A stretch of 64,000 nucleotides of DNA, taken from Tubiluchus corallicola (lineage: Eukaryota > Animalia > Priapulida). Below the pieces are notes generated by a model. That model did no database searches. It had not been told where the DNA came from and worked only from the letters and a program-made list of their open reading frames with translations. The stretch lies in assembly GCA_030141605.1 (NCBI GenBank), contig JAQGDQ010000800.1, forward strand, positions 1 through 64,000, written 5' to 3'. The translations under genes and the position numbers were made by a program. Numbering within the stretch: the stretch's first letter is position 1; each line of letters starts with the position of its first letter. Shown piece by piece: positions 38,500 through 50,403 of the stretch.

Positions 38500-39068
38500 C
38501 TCTGTACATGGCATCGACAAAATATATCCCAACTACTGCAAGCAGTTGCTAACAGCATTTCGTACGTGGTGTAACAGAAGCACATATCAACTACTACTAC
38601 ATGCAAAAATTGACAATATGAAAGTAAGCTTTTGCAACGTGGCATACATGAAGTACATCCCAACTACTGCAATCAGTTGCTAACAGCATTTCGTACGTGG
38701 TGTAACAGAAACACATCCTAACTACTACATGCAAAAATGAACAACATGAAAGTAAGCTTTTGTAACGTGGCGTACATGAAGTACATCCCAACTACTGCAA
38801 TCAGTTGCTAACAGCATTTCGTACGTGGTGTAACAGAAGCGCAGCCTAACTACTACATGCAAAAATGAACTACATGAAAGTAAGCTTTTGCAACGTAGCA
38901 TACATAAAGTACATCCCAACTACTGCAATCAGTTGCCAACAGCATTTTGTACGTGGTGTAACAGAAGCACATCCTAACTACTACATGCAAAAATGAACAA
39001 CATGAAAGTAAGCTTTTGCAACGTGGCATACATGAAGTACATCACAACTACTGCAGCAGTTACTAACA
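38500..39068. repeat. ~128-bp tandem repeat (about 4 units) in a plexin intron
   Basis: Recurring AACAGCATTTCGTACGTGGTGTAACAGAA; the ORF-track starts 38663, 38791 and 38919 are 128 apart. Confidence 0.9.
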
Positions 39069-39385
39069 ACACTCCATCACAAAGTTCTGCCACAATCAAA
39101 AGCAAACAACAACCACGTAAGCTCTCCATGGGTGATATAACAGAAACGCATCCCAACTACTGCAGTCAAAAACAAGCAACACTCACACATGCTTTCCGTG
39201 CGAGGCACACATGCAACGCATTCTATCTACTGCACTCATTTACTAACAAATAACATTGCAGGCTCTGACATGACAGCGCAAATAGCAACGTTTTCCATTT
39301 TATGGCCGTGAAATTGGACATTTTGAATCAGACCATTAGCAATTAGTCGCCGCGGGGAAACATAAATTCACTAAATTACACTTAC

Positions 39386-39412
39386 GTCTTCTTCGGACGA
39401 TACCAATTGATA
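39386..39412 (-). CDS. Candidate 27-nt in-frame plexin microexon (YQLVSSEED)
   Basis: cccctccag|27 nt|GTAAGT, phase 0-0 like the flanking introns, no stop codon. Confidence 0.35.
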
Positions 39413-41234
39413 CTGGAGGGGTGAGCAGTCATCAGATGGATATCAATAAATCAATTACGCTTGTGTATGCCCAATGTAATGCAATGTTCACAACGTGTTG
39501 CGAATAACTGTTTTATAATCAAAAGAATGGCTCTGGATTTGTAAAACAGATTCAGTTGATCAGAATTTCTTTACTAATAAAAGTTTTTACTCAAAACAAC
39601 CCGCCCAGCACCCCAGGAAAACGTCTTTTGCACTTATGTGGGCAAAAAAACAGGAATAGTCGACTCTGCGCGACTTTACCAAATCAAGTCTAGTACAGGA
39701 AATTTGCCAGACAGGATAAGCAAGCCTGATAATGCGAAGAAGGGGTGATTTAGCAGGATGATAGCACCTTTAATGTGATATGCGTTTCAGTAAATGCTAA
39801 CCTTAATGTGCCACATTAATTTGCATTTTTCGTGAGCTTAACGATGCCAAGAAAAAAAAGCGACAAACTGCGAGACAAGAGAAAGGAAAGCAGACAAGCA
39901 GCCGGACAAACAGACAGACAAACATCAAAATGTTTATATACATAAGTGTCACAACTGTGTTAAATATATGGAACCTTTAAGAATATCTATAGTTTAAAGG
40001 CCTAACCACATTTTACTGCATAAACGCAAGTGATTGGCTGAACAATTCATGTAAAGGCTGGCTCACACAATCAGACAACTTCCTGTTATAGCGAGGTTAA
40101 TAACAGATACGTCGTTCCCAAGAGCTCAATGTAATCACTTCCCTTACTAAGTGCACATCCTATTTCTATTGGCTTAGGGCGGATCCATTATAATAAAATG
40201 AAATTAACCATATGCTGCGCCCCTACTAATTAAGATCTTATCAAACGTGCCATGAAAGGACATTAAAGAAAATTTTCCAAGGAATGACAGATGTTACAAA
40301 ATGACAGAATGCAGTAACGTCCAAAACTGGAAGTTACTTTCTATTATTAAGAACAAACTTCAATAAAGTTCAGCATACGCACGCCACGCTGCGTGGACAC
40401 GCCCCCAATCAAGTTATCTCCTTTTGGCGACCTCAGACTTGTAAGAATTAACAGGGGAATTTTGTGGAAGTATAGTACATTCTAGTAGTAAGAATGCTAT
40501 TCAATCTAATCTATTCTAATCAGATGCTTTTCTCCACAGTCAGAAGACAAATACAGCATTTAAAAAACAACAGTCAGTTTACAATAGGAGCAATAAGACG
40601 TCGTGGGTCTACCTTACCTAAGCGGATGTATATGCGACCGGAACTATTTTTTGCTGAAAGCTCAGCTAAGTTATATGTACACTTAGTTCATTTTAAGGAA
40701 CAACTTGGAGAATTGCATTTCCACCCTTCTAGAGCTTAAAGCACAAGAAAAAGCTCTTTATAAATAAGGCTAAAATAGTTTGTCTTGAAACTTTATATCA
40801 CCTACATATTGTCTTATTGCTCACACAGCTTACATTAGCAGTAATGCTGTATAAACCATGTAAATTTAAACACCCACAACGACCATTAGGTGCAGCCATT
40901 TTAACATTAAGTCATTTAAAAAATTTACATAACATTGCGTGAAGTTTTAGATTTAAAAATTTAGATAACATTGTGGCGCACTGATTTACCAAAACACACA
41001 TTATTCATCTTATTGATAATATAAAATAATTTGTAGTTTTACTTAGTTAGTAAAATATGTGTTACGAATGCTCTGTTTATTTTTTCAAACTTTACGCAAT
41101 GTTATCTAAACTTCTTTCAAATCACTTACTGTTAAAATGGCTTCTCCAACTGTCATCAATGGAGTTTAAATTTATAAGTTTTATACAGCATTACTGTTAC
41201 CAAAATTGTCTGTTTTTTAGTGGCCTAAACATAC

Positions 41235-41423
41235 CTTCTTGACAAGGCCGTCTTCGGTACCAATGAACACCACAGTGTTGCCTTCGACGGTTGTCACGGC
41301 AACCGATGTCAACAAGGTATCTGTATAACTGATGACAGGCATTGTCGAAACTGCCAGAGAACCGTTCAGGTATGGAGACAGCGGATCACACAGCTGACTT
41401 TCCACGGAGAGCTGACTATTTTC
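41235..41423 (-). CDS. PlexA: Plexin-A-like exon (Sema)
   Basis: Bounded by ctttcag|GAA and AAG|GTATGT; encodes LTSVAVTTVEGNTVVFIGTEDGLVKK. Confidence 0.88.
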
Positions 41424-42482
41424 CTGAAAGATGCAACATCTGCTAGAAACGTATGCCATACATGCATAGCTACTACTCAGCATCATATAGTTAAAAATTT
41501 ATACACCATAAATTGACTAAAACTTTATTTTGGTTTATCGAAAAAGAAAATAAAAAAAATGCAATAAAAAACAAACAATAAAAATTATAGTTAATGGCAA
41601 TATTTATAAAGAGTTATAAAACATATCTGTATGATTTGTTTATTTATTATATATTTAAAAAATATTTACAAGAAATTATAAAATGTGAAAACAGCACAGA
41701 ATAAAATTACAGATAAAAACGACTAAATGATAAATTACTGATAAAAGCACAAAGAGCCAAAACCATTTACAGGTGTTTATTAAAAGACGAATGATTAGTG
41801 AGATTTAGATTATTTAAACAGTTTTTTAAAAGTTTGCTACCATGAGCACAGATCTAGGGGGCACCACCAACAGACACAAGGACTTAATTCCGGATTTTAA
41901 TTATTCTGTGTGAGAAAAAGTTTTTAAAAGAATCAAGTCTGCAGTGAGTGAGTGCAACTTTAAGCGGTGACTCGTACTTAAATAATTAACTAGATAAAGG
42001 TGCTTTGATAAAAAATACATCTTTGTCTAACGTACTGTTTCCATGTAATATTGAATAACACATAGCCAAATCACAGTCTATACAATACATCAATTTGAAA
42101 AAAAAACGCCAGTTCGATGTCACTTCCTATTACAGCTTATATTTTGCAATATACAATTGAAGTTGTTTTATACTAGACACAGGGTAGGATTACTTTATAG
42201 ACTAGCATAGGCTGCAACCCAGGACCCCATTTTACATAACAAACAAAAGATATCTGTTTTAGCTTGTTTAAAGAATTCACAATAAGTTTACTTCAATTCA
42301 AAAGGGGAGTAGGCGACTTAGAAGGTGGCTCCGTCTGAGGGGGAGAGAGAAATGAAAGGGATTTCCCTTTTTGAAGGAATGTAGCTGAAGAACACTAAAG
42401 AGAAGTCACTAAAGCAAGCACAAAAATGTACACTGCAATTCTAAACTAGAGAAAGCAATGTTGAAATTTTCCAGACATATGG

Positions 42483-42890
42483 CAGGGTTCCCACAGAATT
42501 TCAAAATAAATTTCCCTGACTTTTCCCTGACCAAATATTGATTTTCCATGACCAAGATCAGCAGAAATTGTAGTACCAGTATAAACATTCAACCATTTTT
42601 GTGTATGGACATTCATACATATGCTGATATACAATGTGTCGGCACAGTTGCAGTAGTGCTAACGAAATTACACTAATCACATAACCTAATCCAATCGTTA
42701 TCAAGTGAAAAATATGTTTGGAAAACTATCAGTTCACGGTGATTATTTTTGCAACCCTTTCCAATTTCCCCGACTTTTTGCCCCATTTTCATCATTTTCC
42801 CTGACTTTTTACCAAATTATCTTTTTCCCTGACTTTTCCATGACTTTCCAAGATAGCATGTATTTTCAAGGATTTTCCCTGACGCATGGA
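42483..42890. mobile_element. MITE-like repeat (CAGGGTTCCC start, TTTTCCCTGAC motifs); fragment also at ~19230-19290
   Basis: Repeated TTTTCCCTGAC motifs; the segment ccacagaattt(c/t)aaaataaatttcc is shared with 19236-19260. Confidence 0.5.
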
Positions 42891-42923
42891 AACTAACCGA
42901 CTAACGAAAGTACTTTTCCTCAC

Positions 42924-44069
42924 CTCACAATATTGAGAAACGTGAGCATTTATCCAAGCAATGGGCTGGCTGTCGGCACTCCCCATCAGGCACTGCTCCA
43001 CATTGTTTCTGAACACTTGTTCTATACCTGCGAGACTGTACACGCACAGGGCAGAAGACGGCGTGTGATTCCACGAAAACACAGCAAATATCACATAACT
43101 GTCATTTGCAACTCCCAAATCTATCACTAGGTGTCCTCGAATCTTTACCACGCTTGCGGCCCGTAGAATGTTGTACTCGCCGCACCTCAATGACGCCTCA
43201 CTGAACGATTTATACCCCGGATCGCTCTCACACACCCGGTAAATTTTCGACCCCCTGTGACTGTCAACTGAGGTGGGTCCCGGTTTAGCATCAGGTGTGA
43301 TGGCTAGCAGGTAACTAAAACTATTTGCGGTAAATCCGTGAACATATGTGATTGGATACTGTATCAACGAATCGTCTGACATTTCTACAAAAGTTTTCGA
43401 CGTCGTTATGTCGTCGTGCGTGGCAAATACATCACCACCATCGAGAAACCGTGAGCTTACGGCCGGAATTAAATGGCGATATTGACCGTTAGTTTCCACC
43501 TTCCCGTCTGCTTCACGTGTAGCAACAGTGGTCCCGACGACCATGACGCGTTCGCGAAAGATACCGGGCGGACCTGGCGCGAGAAATGCCACGGTCGAAG
43601 CCGTTGCATTGTTAGCAGCAACAGCCTCCCCACCATGGTGGATAACACTTCTGATGTTCGAGACATTACGTATTTCGCACGCCCCCTGCAGGGCACTTCC
43701 ACAAAAAATTAACCTATTGCTCAATTCATCTAGAAGCAATATTTTATTGTAGTTGTCAGTTGGCATGCGGTGCTGTTGACCTTCGCAAGTTCTAGGAGGT
43801 GGCGGGCAGTCCGGATTATCGTCAACCGGACCGGTAGTAACAACGGCGCTCCTCGACAGATTTAAATCTAGTTGAATGAGCCTGTTAACGCCACCTATGT
43901 AAATATTCCCTGTCCTGCTATCGACAACTGCATGATTTAGTACAACGTCACTGGTAAACGTTGCTGCAATGAACTCACTACAATAGGAAAGCCTGGATAG
44001 TGCAGAAATAATGGTCCAGAGGAGTAACAACTGGCTCCACTTGGCGGGAGAGAGGCATGTCTCTCTCAT
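42924..44069 (-). CDS. PlexA: Plexin-A-like protein, first coding exon (signal peptide plus most of the Sema domain)
   Basis: Plexin Sema motifs IYIGGVNRLIQL, TGPVDDNPDC, PTDNYNKILLLD, CGSALQGAC and ASTVAFLAPGPP. Upstream acceptor at 44089; phase-0 donor GAG|GTGAGG at 42923. Confidence 0.9.
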
Positions 44070-44325
44070 GTTGCATTATCTACTTCATCTGAAAAAAATG
44101 AGCACGTGGTAATTAAGAGTTCTACACTTCTGATCTTTGTTTTTTAATTTCGTAGGGGGTGTGCACATATCAGATTTATTATAAATAATACCAGACACCA
44201 ATCTCTAACTGATCTCTGGTGACTATTACTCTCACTCTCTCTGTCTACACACCTCCCTGCCTCTCCCTCCCCTCGCTCTCTCTCTCCCCCCTCTCTCTCT
44301 CTCTCTCCCTCTCTTTCTGTCTCTC

Positions 44326-44356
<31 letters not shown>

Positions 44357-44798
44357 CTCTCTCTCCCTCTTTCTCTCTCCCCACCTCCCCTTACTTGTGT
44401 GTTGCACACGTACAAAATACTATCGAAAACAACAATGAATCTTTCTACAAATGGATTCACGGACTTGTAAAAGGAAGAACGCCAGACCGCACCAAACACA
44501 TTAGGAAGTCAAATTACAGCAAGCAAACATCAAATAACGTGCAATCACAAGACAATTCTCAGCCACTTTCTGGTAATTACTGGCCGCTGTCTTTTTGTGA
44601 ATCTCAGATTTCAAACGACAGAAAATGATGAAACAGTTAGCTAACAGAACAGAGATTAATGCAGAACCAAATAACACATACATACAGCTGGCTCTGTCGT
44701 CACCTGGTCTCTCTCCCTCTCTCCCTACCTCCCTCCCGCTTCCTCTCTCTCACAGCTATTATAAGCTCTACATTGTGAGACACTCGAGTTTCTTTTAA

Positions 44799-45306
44799 AG
44801 GAAAACCGGACGATTGTGAAAACACTAGTTCAGAATAAAGAATGCTCTAAAATATTGAAAACTACTATGGCTTTTTTAAATCAAAGCTTAGATTAAATAA
44901 TAATTACCTCGGATACTCAAATTTTGTCAACGCGCAGCTCAGAGAATCTACTAAAATTGGCAACGGCGCCTTTTTATCACATGCGTGTGACCGACAAATA
45001 GAAGACAGTACCGTGATAACCATGATCATTAACTGCAGTGTTAGTTTCTAACGTCATATGACGTACAGACCATTTTCGTGACATCACGCGTTTAAGCAGT
45101 ACTGTAGCACTTACGCAAACGTGCTTGACGCGCAAGGGAAGACGTCTGCCATTGCACAAACTGTGGTTAGTTTCTGACCTAAGCAATAGCTGAGTTCGGT
45201 TGCCGTTAATTAACTTTCTAAGCTAATTATTCAAATATAAGGAACAATTGTTAACTTTTATAGGCAAGAAAATGTATATTTTGGACAGTAAATTAAAATC
45301 AGACTC
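44799..45306 (+). mobile_element. Kolobok-like non-autonomous element; matching right end seen at 61890-61979
   Basis: Same TTAA|AGGAAAACCGGACGA terminus. 45250-45305 matches 61895-61950, which ends TCGTCCGGTTTTCCT|TTAA. Confidence 0.55.
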
Positions 45307-47234
45307 ACAGGGATGAGAATGACAAATTGCAAAAAACTCTGAAACAGGCCAGGGGTTTTGGGGCCACTTAGGCTGCCCCAGTCTACTCATAATACAAAAT
45401 TTCAGACTGGTATAATTCATGAACTATGTCAATACTTACACACACAGTTCTAAATACTATTACATACATAATTTACATACCTAATTTATACATGTTAAAC
45501 TACCTATTGAATTTCACTAGGCCAGCAACTTCGAATAAGTTAACACTATCTATTTTAGCACAAAATACAAATGATATAGTACATATTCTAGATACATCAA
45601 ACAGTTATTGAACCTACTCTAATTGCGACTTGTTAATATTAAAACGATTAAGCTTGCTTTTTTGAGTATGTGGTAGGCATAAATAATGAATCTATTTTTT
45701 TAATCTTAATCGATTAAAATTTTTACTATGAGGCAGCTGACTTTACAAATAAAATTGCAGCAGTACGGTAAAATCAGCAGAGAAATGCCGTAGACTCATA
45801 TCTCCGTTTGCCAAACAAAAGCGGGGAGACGTCGGTCCGAATTTACCGATACTAAGCTAATACAGTAGGCCCATGTGTTAGACTCACACTAATGTAGAAT
45901 CAATCGCCTAACTGTCTCAAAAACATCTAATACGGGCCACTTCTGCCATACAAGCTACACGTGTCGTTACACGCTGCTTGGTTGCACTGACCTTATGATG
46001 TAAACAAAGTGACGGCCCGCCAACTAGTGGTCAGCTCGGGAAACAACTGACTTTGACCGCAGTACGTCGGACTTTTTAACGGTCCAGATTTTGTCCGTAT
46101 CCGTAAAAGCGAGGTCCGGCAAACCGAGATATGAGTGTATCCAGATACCAATGCCAGTTCAACGTATAAAACAAAATGCCATGCAGTTCAACATTAACAT
46201 TATCCTGTTGTTACTATATCAAGTATGCATGTTACTACATTATTTTTATAACTAAAAATTGTTTAACATAATTAATAATATGCCAATACCATAAATGAGG
46301 GCACGGTTATAATCAAAATAAAAAATCAATAATGATTCTAGTTAAATAACCATACAAATCTATAATTAACAGGTTTATTGTCTCAGCAAGTATTGCTGTA
46401 CATTGTAAGAGTAAGAAAATTATACAGCCATTGTTTTACATGAGCCATCAAAGCATAAATTAAACACAAAGCTAATGTGGTTTCTGTTTTCTAAATTGTC
46501 TAAGCATTTCACATTTCAGGGGAAACTGATTTAGAATACATAATAATGTAAAAAAAAACCAAAAATCAACCAAAACCCTGAAAAAGGAGGAAACAGAAGG
46601 GAGGATCACTGTGAAATGGAAATAGTGGAGACAGTGAATTTTAGGTTTGTGAAAAATGACAAAAATTAATAGAGCTAGCCTCTAATATATATCATGCACT
46701 ACCATAATAAACAAAATTTCAAGTGATTTTTTAGATTCACTCATGCCACTGACTCTAATACAGACACAGCATTAGCTTTTGAAGAAAGTACTTTTTAAAT
46801 CATTTGATGTGCATAATTACATATGAATTCCAGCACTGTCATGAAGACTTAACAATACACATTTAGCCAGTTGTAAGAGATATGAAATACATGATAGTTT
46901 GTTGTAAAAGAAAAAAATGGCTAAAAATAGTTAAATGTAGCCAAAAGTACATTTAGTTGAAAGTATTTATTTGACTTCAGGCACACTGCTATACTGCACG
47001 ATACATACATGCACAAAAATACGGATGATAACTATGAAATAAATAACTCATTAAATCATTATGGGTATATTACATAATATATTGCTCGAATGAAAAAAGA
47101 TTCCTCAGTCCTTACACAACCACTATATGAGGTATAACCAGGTGCCATTACTCACATATAAGAAAGGGTTAATACTGATAAAGTTTTAATGCAAATACAA
47201 TGGTGTTATAATACACCTGGAACTGAAAACTTAA

Positions 47235-47475
47235 AACAAAACATTGTTTTTGTGAAAAGAAGAAGCAGTGTTTTTAAACAATGTGAACATTGTTTTCGCA
47301 AAATGAAGAATCAGTGTTTTTAAACAGTGTGAACATTGTTTTCGTGAAATGAAGAATCAGTGTTTTTAAACAATGTGAACATTGTTTTCGTGAAATGAAG
47401 AATCAGTGTTTTTAAACAATGTGAACATTGTTTTCATGAAATGAAGAATCAGTGTTTTTAAACAATGTAAACAAT
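47235..47475. repeat. 46-bp tandem repeat, about 5 units
   Basis: Unit TGAAATGAAGAATCAGTGTTTTTAAACAATGTGAACATTGTTTTCG. Confidence 0.9.
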
Positions 47476-48630
47476 ACTGAGGAATTAGTAAGTAGGACTA
47501 TTTCTGCTATGTGCATAAACTTTGGAGAACTGCCTCGAAAACTAAAAGATTCACATTAAAGTTTTACATTAAACCCCATTTATGCGATATGAATATGTTA
47601 TATTAAACTGGAATGCAAAATGAGAGCTCCGTTCTAGTTTGCGACTGAAAAATTTCATGTCATGTCACCAAACTTATTTTACATATTAGTTTTCTATTGG
47701 AAAGATTTGATGCTAGTACATAAACTAGCACATATACAAGGCAGTTACATGATTGGTCATTTGTAAAGTTAAAGCGTTTGAAGAAGCCATTATTTATACA
47801 TACAGGCTATTCTCTTCCGACGTTTGACCCTAACACCAATATGCAAGTTAATTCTCTTATGGCACTTTAGTCTCACATTTAATTAAATTGCACCGAAAGA
47901 AATAAATTTTCTGATATGAGCAATGCCAGTTGTTCGACCATGCTCGTTACGGTGATGCTGTCACGTTAAGGAAGTTAATGATTATGTTTTATTTTCTGAA
48001 AATTAGCAAGTGTAGTGTACTTCCAAGAATAAAACTGATGATTCACTAACAAGCCTTTGACAGGCGTGATGGTGTCACATTAAGGAAGTTAAGGATTATG
48101 TTTTATTTCCTGAGAACTATCAAGTGCAGTGCACTTTCATGAAAAGTACATCTTATGCAAATCTCCTTTCACTTATTCAGTCCCACAGTTCATAGTTTCC
48201 ATAATAATGATGTTATCGACAGGACAGGAAAGATATTTCACTGACATTTTTAATCGTGTTTCTGAGATCATGTGCCCATGTAGGACACCGATAAAATAAG
48301 CAAATGAGTTGAATAATTAGCGAAAGTTAACTTGGTAACTATACACTGTCATAAGCTTTCTTTTTGCAGCAGTTTCCTGGTGGTTCTTCTTTATCACAAG
48401 TGTTTGATATTCAAGCTTTCATGGGTATGACAGTTGTAGGATTGTCAAAGGCGTAAGTCTTTATTCTGCGCGAATTACTTGAAGGTTTTTGAAGATTTCC
48501 ACCGGAATGATACGTTCAATGTTAGTGAAAGCACATTCAATACATTTTTATTTTCACAAGTTATATGATCTTTTCAATCACGCATTTGAGAAACACACTT
48601 TCATTGGCAAGCCTTCCGGGCCATTACAAC

Positions 48631-49641
48631 TTACGTGTTTTCACCCGTACATATTAGTAGGTGCTTTTTTAAATCGTACTTTTGACCATAACGTCTATGA
48701 CACTTGGAACACTCGTAAGGTTTGGTGCCCGTGTGTGTTCTTATGTGAGACCTCAAATTACCCGCCTGGGTGAAACGTCTAGAGCACACGTGACACTCAA
48801 AGGGTTTCTCGCCCGTGTGAACGCGCTCGTGCATCTCCAGAGCGCCAGTAGACGGAAACGGCTTTTTGCACCACCGGCAGAGAAACACCGATCGCCGTTG
48901 TGGCCTATCCAGGATTTCCTCAACCACCTTCTTCCCCTCCTGATTGGAATGTATGCGGTAACTAAACAACTTGGGCTTCTGCACAACCTTTGGCTCTTTT
49001 GGCAGCAAAAATCTCTGTCTATTTACTGATTTGTTCCTTGGCCAGACCTGGGGTTGCTTCAGTTGCTTAGGTACGGGAGCAATTCCCGATACTGATGGCA
49101 GCTCTTGGTCGAATGAACCTACCTGTCCACCACTGTAAAGAAGCGCCTCATCAGAGACAGTGTGCGCTGGTATAACTTGGTACTGTTGACCATCAGCTTC
49201 TGCATATGGGCTTCCATCTGGTGCGTAATGAACGACCTCGTTAATTTCGGCAACACTGGAAGGAACGATTGGCTTCTGATCAGAAATTTCTTCAGAGCCG
49301 CTTATGTCAACAACGGCGATTGACAGCGGATTTTCTTCCTCCTGATCCTGAAACTTTGGTTGTGGATCAACATATTCCGCTTCCTGTTCGGCAAACGCAG
49401 CATTGCCTGTTGTAAGCTGAGCATCAGCAGATAGGGCTTGAGAGCGGGCGGCGTCACGATATACGTAGTCTCCATCGTTGTTGAGGGATGCGGTGTGGTC
49501 GTCAGCTTCCGCACCATGACTGATGAGGATCTTACAGTGCCACGTTCGGGTATGAGCAAAGAAAACGTCTTCATTAATGAAACACTCAGAACACGCGGTA
49601 CATTTATAGTAGATGATAACTTCCTCTATTTCCATGTCCAT
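48631..49641 (-). CDS. C2H2 zinc-finger transcription factor, 336 aa, single coding exon
   Basis: One N-terminal finger (CTAC...HTRTWH), an acidic middle region, and three C-terminal fingers with HTGEKPF/HTGTKPY linkers. In-frame stop just upstream of the ATG. Confidence 0.9.
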   Translation of the reverse strand: MDMEIEEVIIYYKCTACSECFINEDVFFAHTRTWHCKILISHGAEADDHTASLNNDGDYVYRDAARSQALSADAQLTTGNAAFAEQEAEYVDPQPKFQDQEEENPLSIAVVDISGSEEISDQKPIVPSSVAEINEVVHYAPDGSPYAEADGQQYQVIPAHTVSDEALLYSGGQVGSFDQELPSVSGIAPVPKQLKQPQVWPRNKSVNRQRFLLPKEPKVVQKPKLFSYRIHSNQEGKKVVEEILDRPQRRSVFLCRWCKKPFPSTGALEMHERVHTGEKPFECHVCSRRFTQAGNLRSHIRTHTGTKPYECSKCHRRYGQKYDLKKHLLICTGENT

Positions 49642-49969
49642 TAATTATAATTATTTAATCACTGGCTTCTAAGGACGCTTCCTTTGTAAGAATGAATTTG
49701 CAGAAGACAATTTTAAAACACGTTGAAGCCCAAAGTACGGCAAATAATAAAATTCTTTTTTATGGTCACTAATGTGCAGCTGAGGCACATTGAGACACCC
49801 CAGCTGAGGGACAATATATCCGAAGAACAGACAAACAACAGTTCCAGTAGACTAACGTACGCAAGTCTAACAAACGCAAGTTTAATACACTTCCTGTGCA
49901 ACCTGTAAAGCTGAAATGAAAATCACAAACACAGTTATTACAAAAAAACTCTAGTCATAGACTAGACAA

Positions 49970-50403
49970 TTGTTTAATGCTTACTGCACTACTTTTTATT
50001 ATATGTCCATTTGGAGACATTTTTATTCTTACAATCTTAGCAAACTCAAGGTTGCATATAATGTATCAACACGGAAACTGTTTAACTTTTCATATGATAC
50101 GAGCGCTAGATATATTTCTACTAGACTTAATATTATTTATTTTGATGTTATTCACAGAAAATGTGCATACAGTTTATACGTCAGGCTGAATAACAGTGAA
50201 AATTTTATATACAAGAACATTTTAAATAGTGATGCAAACTTTACTTCTGTAATTAGATGTCATTGGCGTAGTTTGTTATATCGTTAATTGTTATTTATGT
50301 TATTGTTGTGTTTCATGATTTATTGTATTATTTGTATTAATTTGTGATGTGTATATGAACTTTGTGAAGTTTGAAATAAAATATTTTAAATCTAAATCTA
50401 AAT
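49970..50403 (+). mobile_element. LINE (L2-like) 3' fragment
   Basis: LKVAYN..RKLF....SAR is typical of an RT C-terminus; AATAAA and a (TCTAAA)n tail follow. Confidence 0.65.

Noticed and set aside
38454-39253. Repeated 64-aa Cys-rich ORFs
   Set aside because: Produced by the 128-bp tandem repeat, whose period is not a multiple of 3.
42792-42923. C-terminal 43 aa of the 425-aa plexin ORF
   Set aside because: Read-through past the GTGAGG donor into intron and MITE sequence.
48682-49644. Overlapping antisense and alternate-frame ORFs
   Set aside because: Shadows of the GC-richer zinc-finger CDS.
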